DNA of 64,000 nt, taken from NCBI GenBank assembly GCA_965219085.1, contig OZ244720.1:608001-672000 (forward strand), read 5' to 3'. Every line of letters starts with the position of its first letter. Position 1 is the first letter of the stretch. This DNA comes from Dehalococcoidia bacterium (GTDB taxonomy: Bacteria > Chloroflexota > Dehalococcoidia > UBA2979). Position numbers and translations under genes: made by a program. Shown in pieces: positions 19,850-30,100 of this stretch. The notes under the pieces are model-generated. The model did no database searches, was not told the DNA's origin, and was given only the letters and a program-made list of their open reading frames with translations.

Positions 19850-20278
19850 CCGTGCAGCACACACGGCGCGCGTCCTCATCGAGCCCGCCGACGGCGACGG
19901 CGACGCGGCGAACGGCCACCAGGTGGGTCTGGAGGAGGGCGCGGAGATCGTCGTCACCGTGACCTCCCAGGACGGCAGCCGCACCAGGGTCTACCGGGTG
20001 TGGGTGGGGGGCGCGGAGGAAGAGCGGGAGCCCGCGCCGGAGTGCCTGCGCGGCGGCATCGCCGCGGGCTTCACGTCGTCTACGAGGGTGGCGGTGTCGG
20101 GCAGTTGGAGGCCTGCGCGCGGAGCCTGCACGTCAGCGCCCTCTACGTGCTCGACGAGGGCGCGTTCGTCTCCTACATCCTGGGCGCGCCTGAGTTCGTG
20201 AACCGGCCCTTCCACGAGCTGTTCCCGCACGGCCTTCCGCCCCTCACGCCGCTGGTCGCCGCAAGCGACGGGCGGTAG
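19850..20278 (+). pseudogene. Orphan copy of the G2 C-terminus (beta-sandwich end + CLRG domain), frameshifted
   Basis: Near-identical to ~37731-38161; TTCAGCCTCGTCGTC is shortened to TTCACGTCGTC near 20071. Confidence 0.9.
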
Positions 20279-20314
20279 CCCGCCATGCTCCAGGAGCGCC
20301 GCGAGGCCTGCCGT

Positions 20315-20810
20315 GGCGACGAGGTCGACGAGTGCCTGCTCCTTGGGGTAGAGCTTCTCGCCCGGAGAGCGACGGCATCCGCACGAGCACGTCCTCCGGC
20401 TCGGGGTCGAAGCCGTCTTGCCACGGATGCAGCCGTCGGGGTAGGCGAGGAGGGTCTGCAGGTAGGCGGCGAGCCGCCGCCGCCGACTCTTCGAGAGCGC
20501 GTCCGCGAGCGGCGCCCGCAGGGTCTCGAAGACCGCACCCTAGGCCGCGCTGGGGGAAGCCCGTGGCGTCGCGCTCCGTGTCCATCGAGGACAACAGCAC
20601 CCGCTCCTCTGAGCTCAGGGAGACAGCCCCGACGCCTCGTCCGAGAGCCTGAGCTACACCGAGTTGCCGATGAGGCGGAAGAGGGCGGCGGGGGCAAGCG
20701 CGGCCGCTCCCGCACCACCGCACGGTAGTTCCGGCGGCGGCTCGTGCGCCGGTCCTCCTCCGCGTCGTCGTCGTCCCGGCCGACAGTGCGCTCGACGAAA
20801 TCGTAGCGCT
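20315..20810 (-). pseudogene. Decayed internal fragment of an SF2 helicase-like gene of the kind carried by ICEs/plasmids
   Basis: Across frameshifts and stops reads ERYDFVERTVGRDDDDAEEDRRTSRRRNYRAVVRERP/LAPAALFRLIGNSV*LRLSD/EERVLLSSMD/FETLRA..LAAYLQTLLAYPDGC/EKLYPKEQALVDLVA; family assignment from memory of such motifs. Confidence 0.5.
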
Positions 20811-20853
20811 CGCCTCTCCGACCGTCCCACCGTCACAGGCAGCGTCCCGGGCG

Positions 20854-23244
20854 TCACTCACCCTCCGCCAAGCGGTAACCGACGCGCGGCTCGGTGAAGA
20901 TGTAGGTGGGGTTGTTCGCGTCGTCCCCCAGCTTGCTGCGAAGGCGCTTCACATAGGCGCGTATCACCTGTGAGTCGGCGGGGTGCCTCGTGGCCCAGAC
21001 CCGTCGCAGCAGCTGATCGTGGGTCACGATCCGACTGCTGCTGACGGAAAGCTCGAAGAGCAGCCGGTACTCGGTCTCGGTCAGCTGCACCGGATTGCCC
21101 GCCATCGTCACGCGTCGTTCGGCGTAGCTAATCGTGAGATCCCCCACCACATAGGACTCGAGCGCCCCGGCCCTCCCGGACGCCGCATTCCTGCGCAGCG
21201 AAGCGCGGATCCTCGCCACGAGTTCGGTGGGCGAGAAGGGCTTGACGATGTAGTCGTCGGCCCCCATCTCGAACGCCCGCGCGATGTCCTGGTCCCTCCC
21301 ACGGGCGGAGAGGAAGACCACGGGCGCATCGGTGACCTGCGGGATGCGCTTCATCAACTCGAACCCGTCGATGCCTGGCAGCACCAGGTCCAGCAGGATG
21401 AGGTGCGGCCGCTCGACTCCAATGAGGCGGTCCACCTCCTCCGGATCGCCCGTGACGATGGGGGTGTAGCCCGCCTCCGAGAGCGTGTTGTGGACGTACC
21501 ACAGGATCTGCGGATCGTCGTCGATCACCAGCACGCGCGCTGCGTCTCCCGCTGCGCGTCCCGAGAGGGCAGAAAGCCAGCCCGGGCCGGGCGCCCAATC
21601 GCTGGCGGCCTCGTCGACCACGGGGGTGGTAAAGGTGAAGCGCATACCGAGTCCCGGTCCGCCGCTCTCGGCCCAGATCCGCCCGCCGTGGGCCTCCACG
21701 ATCCCCTTGCAGACCGCGAGGCCCAGGCCCTCTCCCTGAACCTCCCGCTCCCCGTCCCCCGGGGCGATCCGGGCGAACTTCGAGAACAGCTGGGGCAGGC
21801 GCTCGGGGGCTACGCCTCTGCCCTCGTCCGCGACGGAGATGGCGACGTACATCTCGTCCGCCACCGCGGTCACCCTGATGGCGGGCGAATCGGGCGAGTA
21901 CTTGGAGGCGTTGGAGAAGAGGTTACCCATGACCTGAATGATGCGCTGCCGGTCCGCGAGGATGCGGGGCAGCTCGGGCGGCAGGTCAACCTCGATGCTG
22001 TTGGCGGCCCCGCCGCCCAGGAACGCGGCCTTTGCCGCGTCGACGAGGGCCGCCACGTCGTCAGGCTCGGGAGTGACCGACAACGTTCCCGCATCGATCT
22101 GCGTCACGTCGAGCAGATCCCTGATCAGGCGCCGCATGTGGTCGGCCTGCTCATCGACGATGCTAAAGAACTGGCGCACCTCGGCGGGACCGACCGGAAA
22201 CGAGGAGCCCAGCACGGCGGCGGCGGAGCCCTTGATGGTGGTCAGGGGCGTCAGCAACTCGTGGCTCACCATGCCCAGGAACTCGGCGCGCAGCCGTTCC
22301 ATCTCCTCGAGCGGCGTCATGTCCTGCGCGGTGACGACGAGGGACGCGATCGTCCCGTCTTCGGAGCGGATAGGCGTCGCGTTCACGAGGGTGGTCACCT
22401 CCCGCCCATCCGGGAAGCGGACGACGATCTCCTCGGCGCGCACCGTCTCGCCGCTGATCAACACCCGCTCGATTGAGAGCTCATCGGCCGAGATCTCGCG
22501 CCCGTCCGCGCGCAGAAAGGTCAGTGTGTCAAGGAGCTGCTCCACGGAGGTGCCCGTGAGGCGCAGGTCGCCGGCGATCCGCTTGCTCTCCTGGTTGAGC
22601 GACAGCAGGGCACCCGTCTTCGCGTCGAAGACCAGAACGGCCACGGGCACGGTGTTGACCAGCGCCTCCAGGTTGGTGCGGGCGAGCTGCTCTTCCCGGT
22701 AGGCGCGGGCGTTGGCGATGGCCATCGCCGCCTGTGAGCCGAACAGGACCAGGACCTCCTCGTCCTGCCGTGTGAATTCCCTGCCGCCTTCCTTGTCCGA
22801 TAGATAGAGGTTGCCGATGCGCTCGCCGCGATGACGGAGGGGCGAACCCAGGAAGGTCCCCACCGGCCCCAGCGGCGGGTGGATGTCGGGCAGGCCGGCC
22901 AACTTGGCGTGGCCGGAGAAGTCCACCAGTCTCAGCGGTTCGGGAATCTTGCTCAGGTAGTCGAAGAACTCCAGTCCCCCCGGCAGGTCGACGAACCGCT
23001 GATGCTCCTCCGGCGTCAGACCGGAGGTGATGAAGTCCTCAAGTTGTCCCGCCCCGTCGAGGACGGTGATCCCGCCTATCCTCGCGCTCGTCAGCGAGCG
23101 CGCTCCCTCCACGACCCGCTGCAACACCGTATCAAGGTCGAGGTTTTCGGTGATCTGGACGCTGGCCTCGCTGAACCTGGTGAGGCGATCCGGCAGCGCC
23201 TCGCTCTCGCGTCCCCGGTTGTCAGCTTCGTTCAACGCCCTCAC
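20854..23244 (-). CDS. Fused sensor kinase-response regulator 1 (GAF-PAS-HisKA-HATPase-REC-OmpR wHTH)
   Basis: H-box MVSHELLTPLTTIKG, N-box NLFSNASKYS, DEGRG, GLGLAVCKGIVEAHGG; REC VIDDDP..LLDLVLP..KPFSP; wHTH LTETEYRLL..YVKRLRSKLGDD..IFTEPRVGYRL. Confidence 0.95.
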   Translation of the reverse strand: MRALNEADNRGRESEALPDRLTRFSEASVQITENLDLDTVLQRVVEGARSLTSARIGGITVLDGAGQLEDFITSGLTPEEHQRFVDLPGGLEFFDYLSKIPEPLRLVDFSGHAKLAGLPDIHPPLGPVGTFLGSPLRHRGERIGNLYLSDKEGGREFTRQDEEVLVLFGSQAAMAIANARAYREEQLARTNLEALVNTVPVAVLVFDAKTGALLSLNQESKRIAGDLRLTGTSVEQLLDTLTFLRADGREISADELSIERVLISGETVRAEEIVVRFPDGREVTTLVNATPIRSEDGTIASLVVTAQDMTPLEEMERLRAEFLGMVSHELLTPLTTIKGSAAAVLGSSFPVGPAEVRQFFSIVDEQADHMRRLIRDLLDVTQIDAGTLSVTPEPDDVAALVDAAKAAFLGGGAANSIEVDLPPELPRILADRQRIIQVMGNLFSNASKYSPDSPAIRVTAVADEMYVAISVADEGRGVAPERLPQLFSKFARIAPGDGEREVQGEGLGLAVCKGIVEAHGGRIWAESGGPGLGMRFTFTTPVVDEAASDWAPGPGWLSALSGRAAGDAARVLVIDDDPQILWYVHNTLSEAGYTPIVTGDPEEVDRLIGVERPHLILLDLVLPGIDGFELMKRIPQVTDAPVVFLSARGRDQDIARAFEMGADDYIVKPFSPTELVARIRASLRRNAASGRAGALESYVVGDLTISYAERRVTMAGNPVQLTETEYRLLFELSVSSSRIVTHDQLLRRVWATRHPADSQVIRAYVKRLRSKLGDDANNPTYIFTEPRVGYRLAEGE

Positions 23245-23322
23245 CTCCGTCCGGCGGCAGCCTGCGGTCCCAGCGACGCCCGGACGCGTGTGGCTGCCTC
23301 TACCACGTCGATCAACCGATAT

Positions 23323-23396
23323 GTTACGACCCGGTCACGGAGAAGGCACCTGATTTCACGACGCACGCACCGACGCTCGTCCGGCTGAGGGAGAAT
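23323..23396 (+). promoter_or_regulatory. Degenerate direct-repeat element upstream of regulator 1
   Basis: GTTAC 23323, GTCAC 23334, TTCAC 23355, CGCAC 23366 (11/21/11); GAGAAT 23391 with a 15-nt spacer. Confidence 0.5.
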
Positions 23397-23475
23397 CGAG
23401 CCGGCTCGATTTGGGGACGTCTACTCGTCCGACCGCGCGCTCCTCCCGGTCGCCGGCAGCAGCCAGTACCGCCCG

Positions 23476-23706
23476 CCACGACCTCGTGAGCGGAGAGTGC
23501 CTCGCGGAGCGCGACTTCGAACTCGACGAGCGCAACGGCGATGGCGCGGCATCTGGTCCGATGGCGGCGCGAGATCGCCGTCATCGTCCCCTCGCACGAC
23601 GCCACCCGCCCGCGCGCCGACCGGGCGCGACCGCGATCGCAGAGCCCTCGCCCCACTGCCTGTTCGGTCATCGCCACAGGCTTCTGCCTCGTCGTCTACG
23701 AAGGCA
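23476..23706 (+). pseudogene. Heavily decayed C-terminal-cassette remnant
   Basis: Successive matches to propeller (GAGCGCGACTTCGAACTCGACGAGCGCAAC, GGCATCTGGTCCGATGG), beta-sandwich and CLRG (GGCTTCTGCCTCGTCGTCTACGA) DNA. Confidence 0.75.
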
Positions 23707-23716
23707 ATCCGCACTG

Positions 23717-23792
23717 TTCACGGTACTTTCACCCCAAATATTGCCTAGTTCACGCTGCATGCACTGACACCCGGCCCGATGGCAGGAAGAAT
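23717..23792 (+). promoter_or_regulatory. Conserved promoter/direct-repeat element upstream of the G2 operon
   Basis: TTCAC 23717, 23728, 23749, TGCAC 23760; CTGACA 23764-69, N17, AAGAAT 23787-92. Confidence 0.75.
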
Positions 23793-23846
23793 CGAACCGT
23801 GTCCGGCTGCGGAGGCGTAGCGCCGCCCGCGACAGGAGGTTCCTGC

Positions 23847-24134
23847 GTGGCCGATTCCGGCGATTCCGCACGAGCGAGGGTCGACGCCCGCCCGGCCGCC
23901 AGTCCCGCACGCGCGTGCTGGACTGGCGGCCGGGGCGGGGTGCAGGTCGCTGAATTCCTCGTCCGCAACAAGATCGCGCAGAGCCGCGTATCGGCGCTGG
24001 GACTCGCTCCCAACGCCTTCCTCGTGGCGACCGACCCCGGGTTCCCGTCGCTGGACCTGGCGAACGCGCTGGCCGGCCAGGACGGAATGCTGATCTCCAG
24101 CTCCAACTGGCGCAGGGAAGTCGTTCCGAGTTGA
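23847..24134 (+). CDS. Small ORF coupled to G2; putative free-standing subtilase propeptide/chaperone with divergent N-terminus
   Basis: AGGAGG then GTG 23847; QVAEFLVRNKIAQSRVSALGLAPNAFLVATDPGFPSLDLANALAGQDGMLISSSNWRREV; stop overlaps the G2 start (TTGA); paralog at 46059. Confidence 0.55.
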   Translation: MADSGDSARARVDARPAASPARACWTGGRGGVQVAEFLVRNKIAQSRVSALGLAPNAFLVATDPGFPSLDLANALAGQDGMLISSSNWRREVVPS

Positions 24135-27100
24135 GACCGCTCGCGCTGGTCACCGCCTGCGTCCTCCTTGGCGTCGCCGCCGCGACCGGCCTCGCGCGCG
24201 CGCAGGCGCCGCCGCCCGTCGCCGCCCCGACGATCGACTCGGTCACCCCCGGCGAACGCTCGCTGATCGTGGACTGGACGGCGCCCGCCGGGGTCGACGC
24301 GGCGGACATCCTCGCCTACGACGTGCGCTCGATCGAGAGCGACGCCGCGAACAAGGCCGCCAGCTTCTGGACCGTCCTGGAGGATGCCTGGATCCCGGGC
24401 GCGGGCGACCTGAGCTGGATCATCTTCCCCCTGACCAACGACACACAGTACGACGTGCAGGTGCGCGCGTTCACGGAGGATGGCGAGGGCGACTGGTCGG
24501 ACACCGTCACCGGCACGCCCGTCGCCAACAGCGGCGACCGCACCGGCGCGACGCCTCTGCCGCTGAACTCCACGGCGATCGCAGTCCTCACCGAGGACGA
24601 CCAGGATTTCTTCAAGATCGAGGTCACGGGCGACGACACGGTCGACCTCTGGATCTACACGATCAGCGATCTCGACACCGTGGGCGAGCTGCAGGACTCC
24701 GCCGGCAACATGATCGCACGCAACGACGACGGCCAGCGGCCGGACTCGCCGCAGGACTTCGTGATCAGGGAGCAGGTCGGTGCGGGAACCTACTATGTCA
24801 CGGTCCATGGCTATAGGCCGACGGTCGTGGGGGCGTACGCGGTGGTCCTACGAACGGCCCCCAGCGTCGGCGGCACCATCGACCGGGCGACGACCATCAC
24901 GCTGGGGGATGACGTCCCGGGGCGGATCGACTGGAGCACCAACAACGACTTCTTCCGGATCGATCTGACCAGCGCCGCCGACCTCTGGATCGCCTCCAGC
25001 GGCTACACCGACGTGGTCGGGGAGTTGTGGGATGCCGACAGGGTGCTCATCGCCAGAAACGACGACAGCTATCTTTATCGGAGCGGGCTCAACTTCGCGA
25101 TCTGGCACGAGGTGAAGGCGGGAACCTACTACATCAAGGTGAACGGTTATGCATCGTATGTAGCGAATACTGGGGCGTACACGCTCCACACCGGAACGAT
25201 CCTCCCTCCCGGCGACTCCATCGGCAGCGCACAGCCCATTAGTGGGGTGCTGATCCCAGGGCGGGTGCGCACGGCCACCGACGCGCACTATTACAGCCTC
25301 TTTGTCGGTTCCGACACCCAAGTGTATATCGAGGCCGACGTGGGCCCAAATCCGATGTTCTCTCCCGAGCAGCCCGTGTCGCTCGCGGCGCAGATCCTCG
25401 ACGTGCATGGCAATGAGCTGGACATCTATCAAATCCCCCACAGCGCCTACATCGAGGACGGGCGGTCGTTCATCAGCTTTTCGATCAACGGCAAACTCCC
25501 CGTCGGCACGCACTACCTCAAAATCTGGTCCCCCTCCGGCGGCACCGGACCCTACATGCTGCTGGTCTTTGGCAGTACCGGCTACAACAGGTTCATAAAC
25601 GGCTGCACCGATGCGTCGGCCAGCCTGGACGTCCCGGGCGTGAACGATGCCCTCTACGGATGCCAGTGGCACCTGCACAACGGCGGGCAGTACGAGGGAG
25701 GGGCAGGAGAGGACATCAACGTCGAAGCTGTCTGGACGACCAACATGGGAGCCGGCGTGAACGTCGCCGTGGTCGACGACGGGATTCACTTCGAGCACGA
25801 AGACCTGACGGAGAACGCCGCCCCATCCCGCAACCGGAACTACTCCACTCGCGCCGACATATTCGACCCCTTCGAGCACCATGGGACGAGCACGGCCGGC
25901 CTGATCGCGGCGCGGGACAACAGCATCGGCATGCGCGGCGTCGCGCCCCGGGCCACGATCTACGGATACAACCTGTTCGCGGACTTCACGGACGCCAATA
26001 CGGTGGACGCCGCGTTCCGGATGGCGCAGGGAGGCGAGGCCGGGGACGAGACCACCGACGTCTCCAGCAACAGCTGGGGACCGACGCCCACCGCCGGCCC
26101 GCGGTCCACGTCCGCCAGTTGGGAGATGGCCGTCCAGAACGGCGTCACGAGCGGCGCCAACGGCAAGGGAATCTTCTACGCCTTTGCCGCCGGCAACGGA
26201 CATTACGTGACACACCACGCCAATCTCAACGGGCGCGCGAACTACTACGCCGTCACCGCCGTCTGTGCGGTCAACTACGACGATGTGCGAAGCGGCTACT
26301 CGGAAATGGGCGCCAACCTGTGGGTGTGCGCCCCATCCAATGATGACAATCTGCCCGAGATCGCGACGACCTACGGCGGCCACCTGTACACGGACGAGTT
26401 CGGCGGCACGTCCGCCGCCACTCCCATCGTCTCCGGCGTGGCCGCGCTGCTGCGCACCGCCAATTCCAGTCTGACCTGGCGGGACCTCAAGCTCATCCTC
26501 GCCGCGTCCGCGCGCAAGAACGATGCCGACAACACGGGCTGGGCGCAGGGCGCGCTGGAATACGGCTCCGACAGCGAGCACTACTTCTTCAACCACGAGT
26601 ACGGCTTTGGCGTGGTGGACGCCGGGGCCGCCGTCGCGCTGGCCGCCGACTGGACCAACGTTCCGGCCCTGCGCGAGATCAGCGCGGAATCGGCCGGCAC
26701 GGATCTGCACATTCCCGACGCTCCGAGCGATACAATCCCCGGCACGACGGTCAGCAGCAGCCTGACCATCGGCAACCATGTGGGATTCGTCGAGTTCGTC
26801 GAGATCCACACCACGTTCGACCATGAGTCGTTTCGAGAGCTCGAGGTGGAGTTGGAGTCCCCCTCGGGCGCCAGGTCCACGCTCACCTGGGTATTCGACC
26901 GCATTTATCACCGGCCCGTGGAGGAGACTATCCGCTTCGGTTCGGCCCGGCACCTCGGTGAGAACGCCGCCGGCACGTGGACGCTTCACATCACCGACCA
27001 CCTCGACACGCGGACGGGAACGCTCGAGGGGTGGAGTCTGACCGTCTACGGACATGGACTCTCGCCCGGGCGCCCCGGCATCAGCGCGCTGACGCCGGCC

Positions 27101-30100
27101 GTCGGCGAGCTCGCGGTCGAGTGGAGCGCCCCCGCCGACATCGGCGGTTCGGCCGTCACCGGCTACGACCTGCGCTACATCGAGAGCGACGCCGCCGACA
27201 GGGCCGCCACCAACTGGACGCTCGTCGAGGGTGCGTGGACCTCCGGCGCACTGGAATACACCCTCGGCAGCCTGGACCCCACCGTCAGGTACGACGTGCA
27301 GGTCCGGGCGGCGAACGATGCCGGCCCCGGCCCCTGGTCCGACGCCGTCGCGGGGACGACCCTCGCCCTCGCGCTCCCGTCCGTTGCCTCGGTCACCCCG
27401 GACGACCGATCGCTCACGGTCGCCTGGACCGCTCCCGCCCAGAGCGGCGGCGAGCCCATCGCCGCCTACGACCTGCGCTACATCGAGACCAGCGAGGACG
27501 AAGCGGTCGACGCCGACTGGACCGTTGTGGACAGCGCGTGGACCGGCGGCGCGCTGGCATACACCATCAGCGCACTGGACAACGGCACCCGGTACGACGT
27601 GCAGGTGCGCGCGGTCACCACCAGCAACGGCGACTGGTCCGCCAGCCTGACCGGCACGCCGCGCACGGTCCCCGCAGCCCCCGCCATCGACGACGTGACA
27701 TGGGGCGACCAGGAACTCACCGTCGTCTGGACGGCGCCCTCGAGCGACGGCGGCGCGGCCATCACCACGTACGACGTGCGCTACATCGAGACCAGCGAGG
27801 ACGAAGCGGTCGGCGCTAACTGGACGGTCCTGGACGGCGTGTGGGCGGCCGGCGCCCTGCACCACGTCCTCACGGGACTGGAGAACGGCACGCAGTACGA
27901 CCTGCAGGTGCGGGCGGTCAACGCCGCCGGCGAGGGTCCCTGGTCCGCTACCACCGCTCGCAGGCCCAGGACCGTGCCGGGCGCCCCGACGATCGACTCG
28001 GTGACCGGCGGCCAGCGGTCGCTCAGCGTCGAGTGGAGCGCGCCGGCGAGCGACGGCGGTGCGGACGTCTCGTCCTATCACCTGCGCTATCGGCCCACCA
28101 ACACTGAGGGCAAGCCCAGCATCGTCCAGTGGACCCTTCTGGCCGATATCTGGACCTCCGGGGCGCTCGAATACACCATCAGCGGTCTAGAGCACGCGAC
28201 GCAGTACGACGTGCGGATGCGCGCGGTGAACCTCGTCGACGAGGGCGAGATCTCGGAACTTGCCCAGGGATCCACCCTCAGCCTGGCCCCGACGGTCGCC
28301 TCGGTGACCCCGGACGACGGATCCCTCACCGTCGCCTGGACCGCGCCGACGAGCGTCGCCAGCACGGAGATCACCGCCTACGACGTGCGCTGGATCCGCA
28401 GCGACGCGCCCGGCAAGCCCGCCGACCACTGGGACCTTCAGTTGCTCGCGTGGGAGACCAGCGGTGCGCTGCAATACACGATCAGCGGGCTGGCCAACGG
28501 CGTTGCCTACGACGTGGGGGTGCGACCAGTCACCTCGGCCGGCGAGGGCGACTGGTCGCTGAGCTGGTCCGGGACGCCCCGGACGCTCCCCGCGGCCCCC
28601 GCCATCGACTCCGTGACGCCGGACGCCGGGTCGCTCACGATCGTCTGGGCCGCGCCTGCAAGCGACGGCGGGGCGGCCATCACGTCGTACGCCGTGCGCT
28701 CCATCCGCAGCGACGCCGCGAGCAAGGCCGACGGCAACTGGACGGTGCAGGACGACGCCTGGACCAGCGGCGCGCTGCAGTACACCCTCTCCGGCCTGGA
28801 TAGCGGCGTCGCCTACGACGTGCAGGTGCGCGCGGTCAACGCCGCCGGCGACGGTCCCTGGTCGGCCACGCAAGCCGGGGAGACCGCGACCGACGACGAC
28901 GCCAGCCTCAGCGCCCTGACCCTGAGCGAGGGCAGGCTCAGCCCGGCGTTCGCCGGCGGCACGACGTCGTACACGGCATCGGTCGGGTACACGGTCACGC
29001 CGCTCACCGTCACCGCCACCGCGAACGACGCCAGCGCCGCGGTCGCGTTCCTCGACGGCAGCGACGATCCGCTCCCCGACGCCGACGGCAACGCGGCCGG
29101 CCATCAGGTCGACCTGTCGGTGGGCGACAACGCGATCAACCTGCAGGTCACGGCGCGGGACGGCACGACGACGCTGACCTACAGCCTCACCGTTACGCGC
29201 GCGGAGGAAGACACGTCGCTGACGCCGCCGGCGAGCGACCCCGTCGTCGCGGTGGCGTCGTCGGCCGTCTACACCATCACCTTCACGGGCACTTGGACCA
29301 CCGCCGTCACGCCCGACGGCCGACCCGGCAGCGCCCACTTCTCGCCCCTCATCGGCGCGGTGCACAGCGCTGAGGTGTCCTTCCTCAAGAGCGGGGAGCT
29401 GGCAAGCGCCGGAGTCGAGTCGATGGCGGAGACCGGTGGCACGTCAGACCTCCGGAGCGAGGTCGACACCGCGATCAACGCCAGTCCGCCGACGGCTCTC
29501 AGCGTCCTCCGCCGGTCCGGCAACATCGGCGCGACGGGCACGGGGACGTTGAACAACGTCAAACTGACGAGCGAGCACCCGCGGGTCACGCTGACGACGA
29601 TGATCGCGCCGAGCCCGGACTGGTTCGTGGGCATCTCGGGGCGGCTCCTGCTCGACGCCGCCGGAGAGTGGCTGCCGTCGCACACGCTGAACCTCTATCC
29701 GTGGGACGCCGGCACCGAGGACGGAACCGGGTTCTCGCTGTCGAACTCCGCGACCTCGCCGCAGGGCGTGATCACGAGCATCCGCGGGACGGGCAAGTTC
29801 ACGATCGCACCGATCGCGACGCTGACGTTCACGCGCCAGTCGGTCTCCCCGTCCTTCCCCGCCGCCGAGAGCGGCGCCCGCGGCATCCCCGAGAACACGG
29901 CCGCCGGAGAGAACATCGGCGCGCCGGTCGCGGCCACGGACCCCGACGGCCACACGCTCACCTACGCGCTGGGCGGGACCGACGCGGACTCCTTCGGCAT
30001 CGTCGCCACGTCGGGCCAGCTGCGGACGAAGGCCGCTCTCGACCACGAGGCCAAGTCCAGCTACTCGGTGACGGTCACGGCCACGGATACCACCGGCCTC

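Noticed and set aside
23541-23846. N-terminal extension of ORF 23541..24134 (and ORF 45487..46062)
   Set aside because: Runs through decayed cassette DNA and the promoter element; the RBS points to GTG 23847
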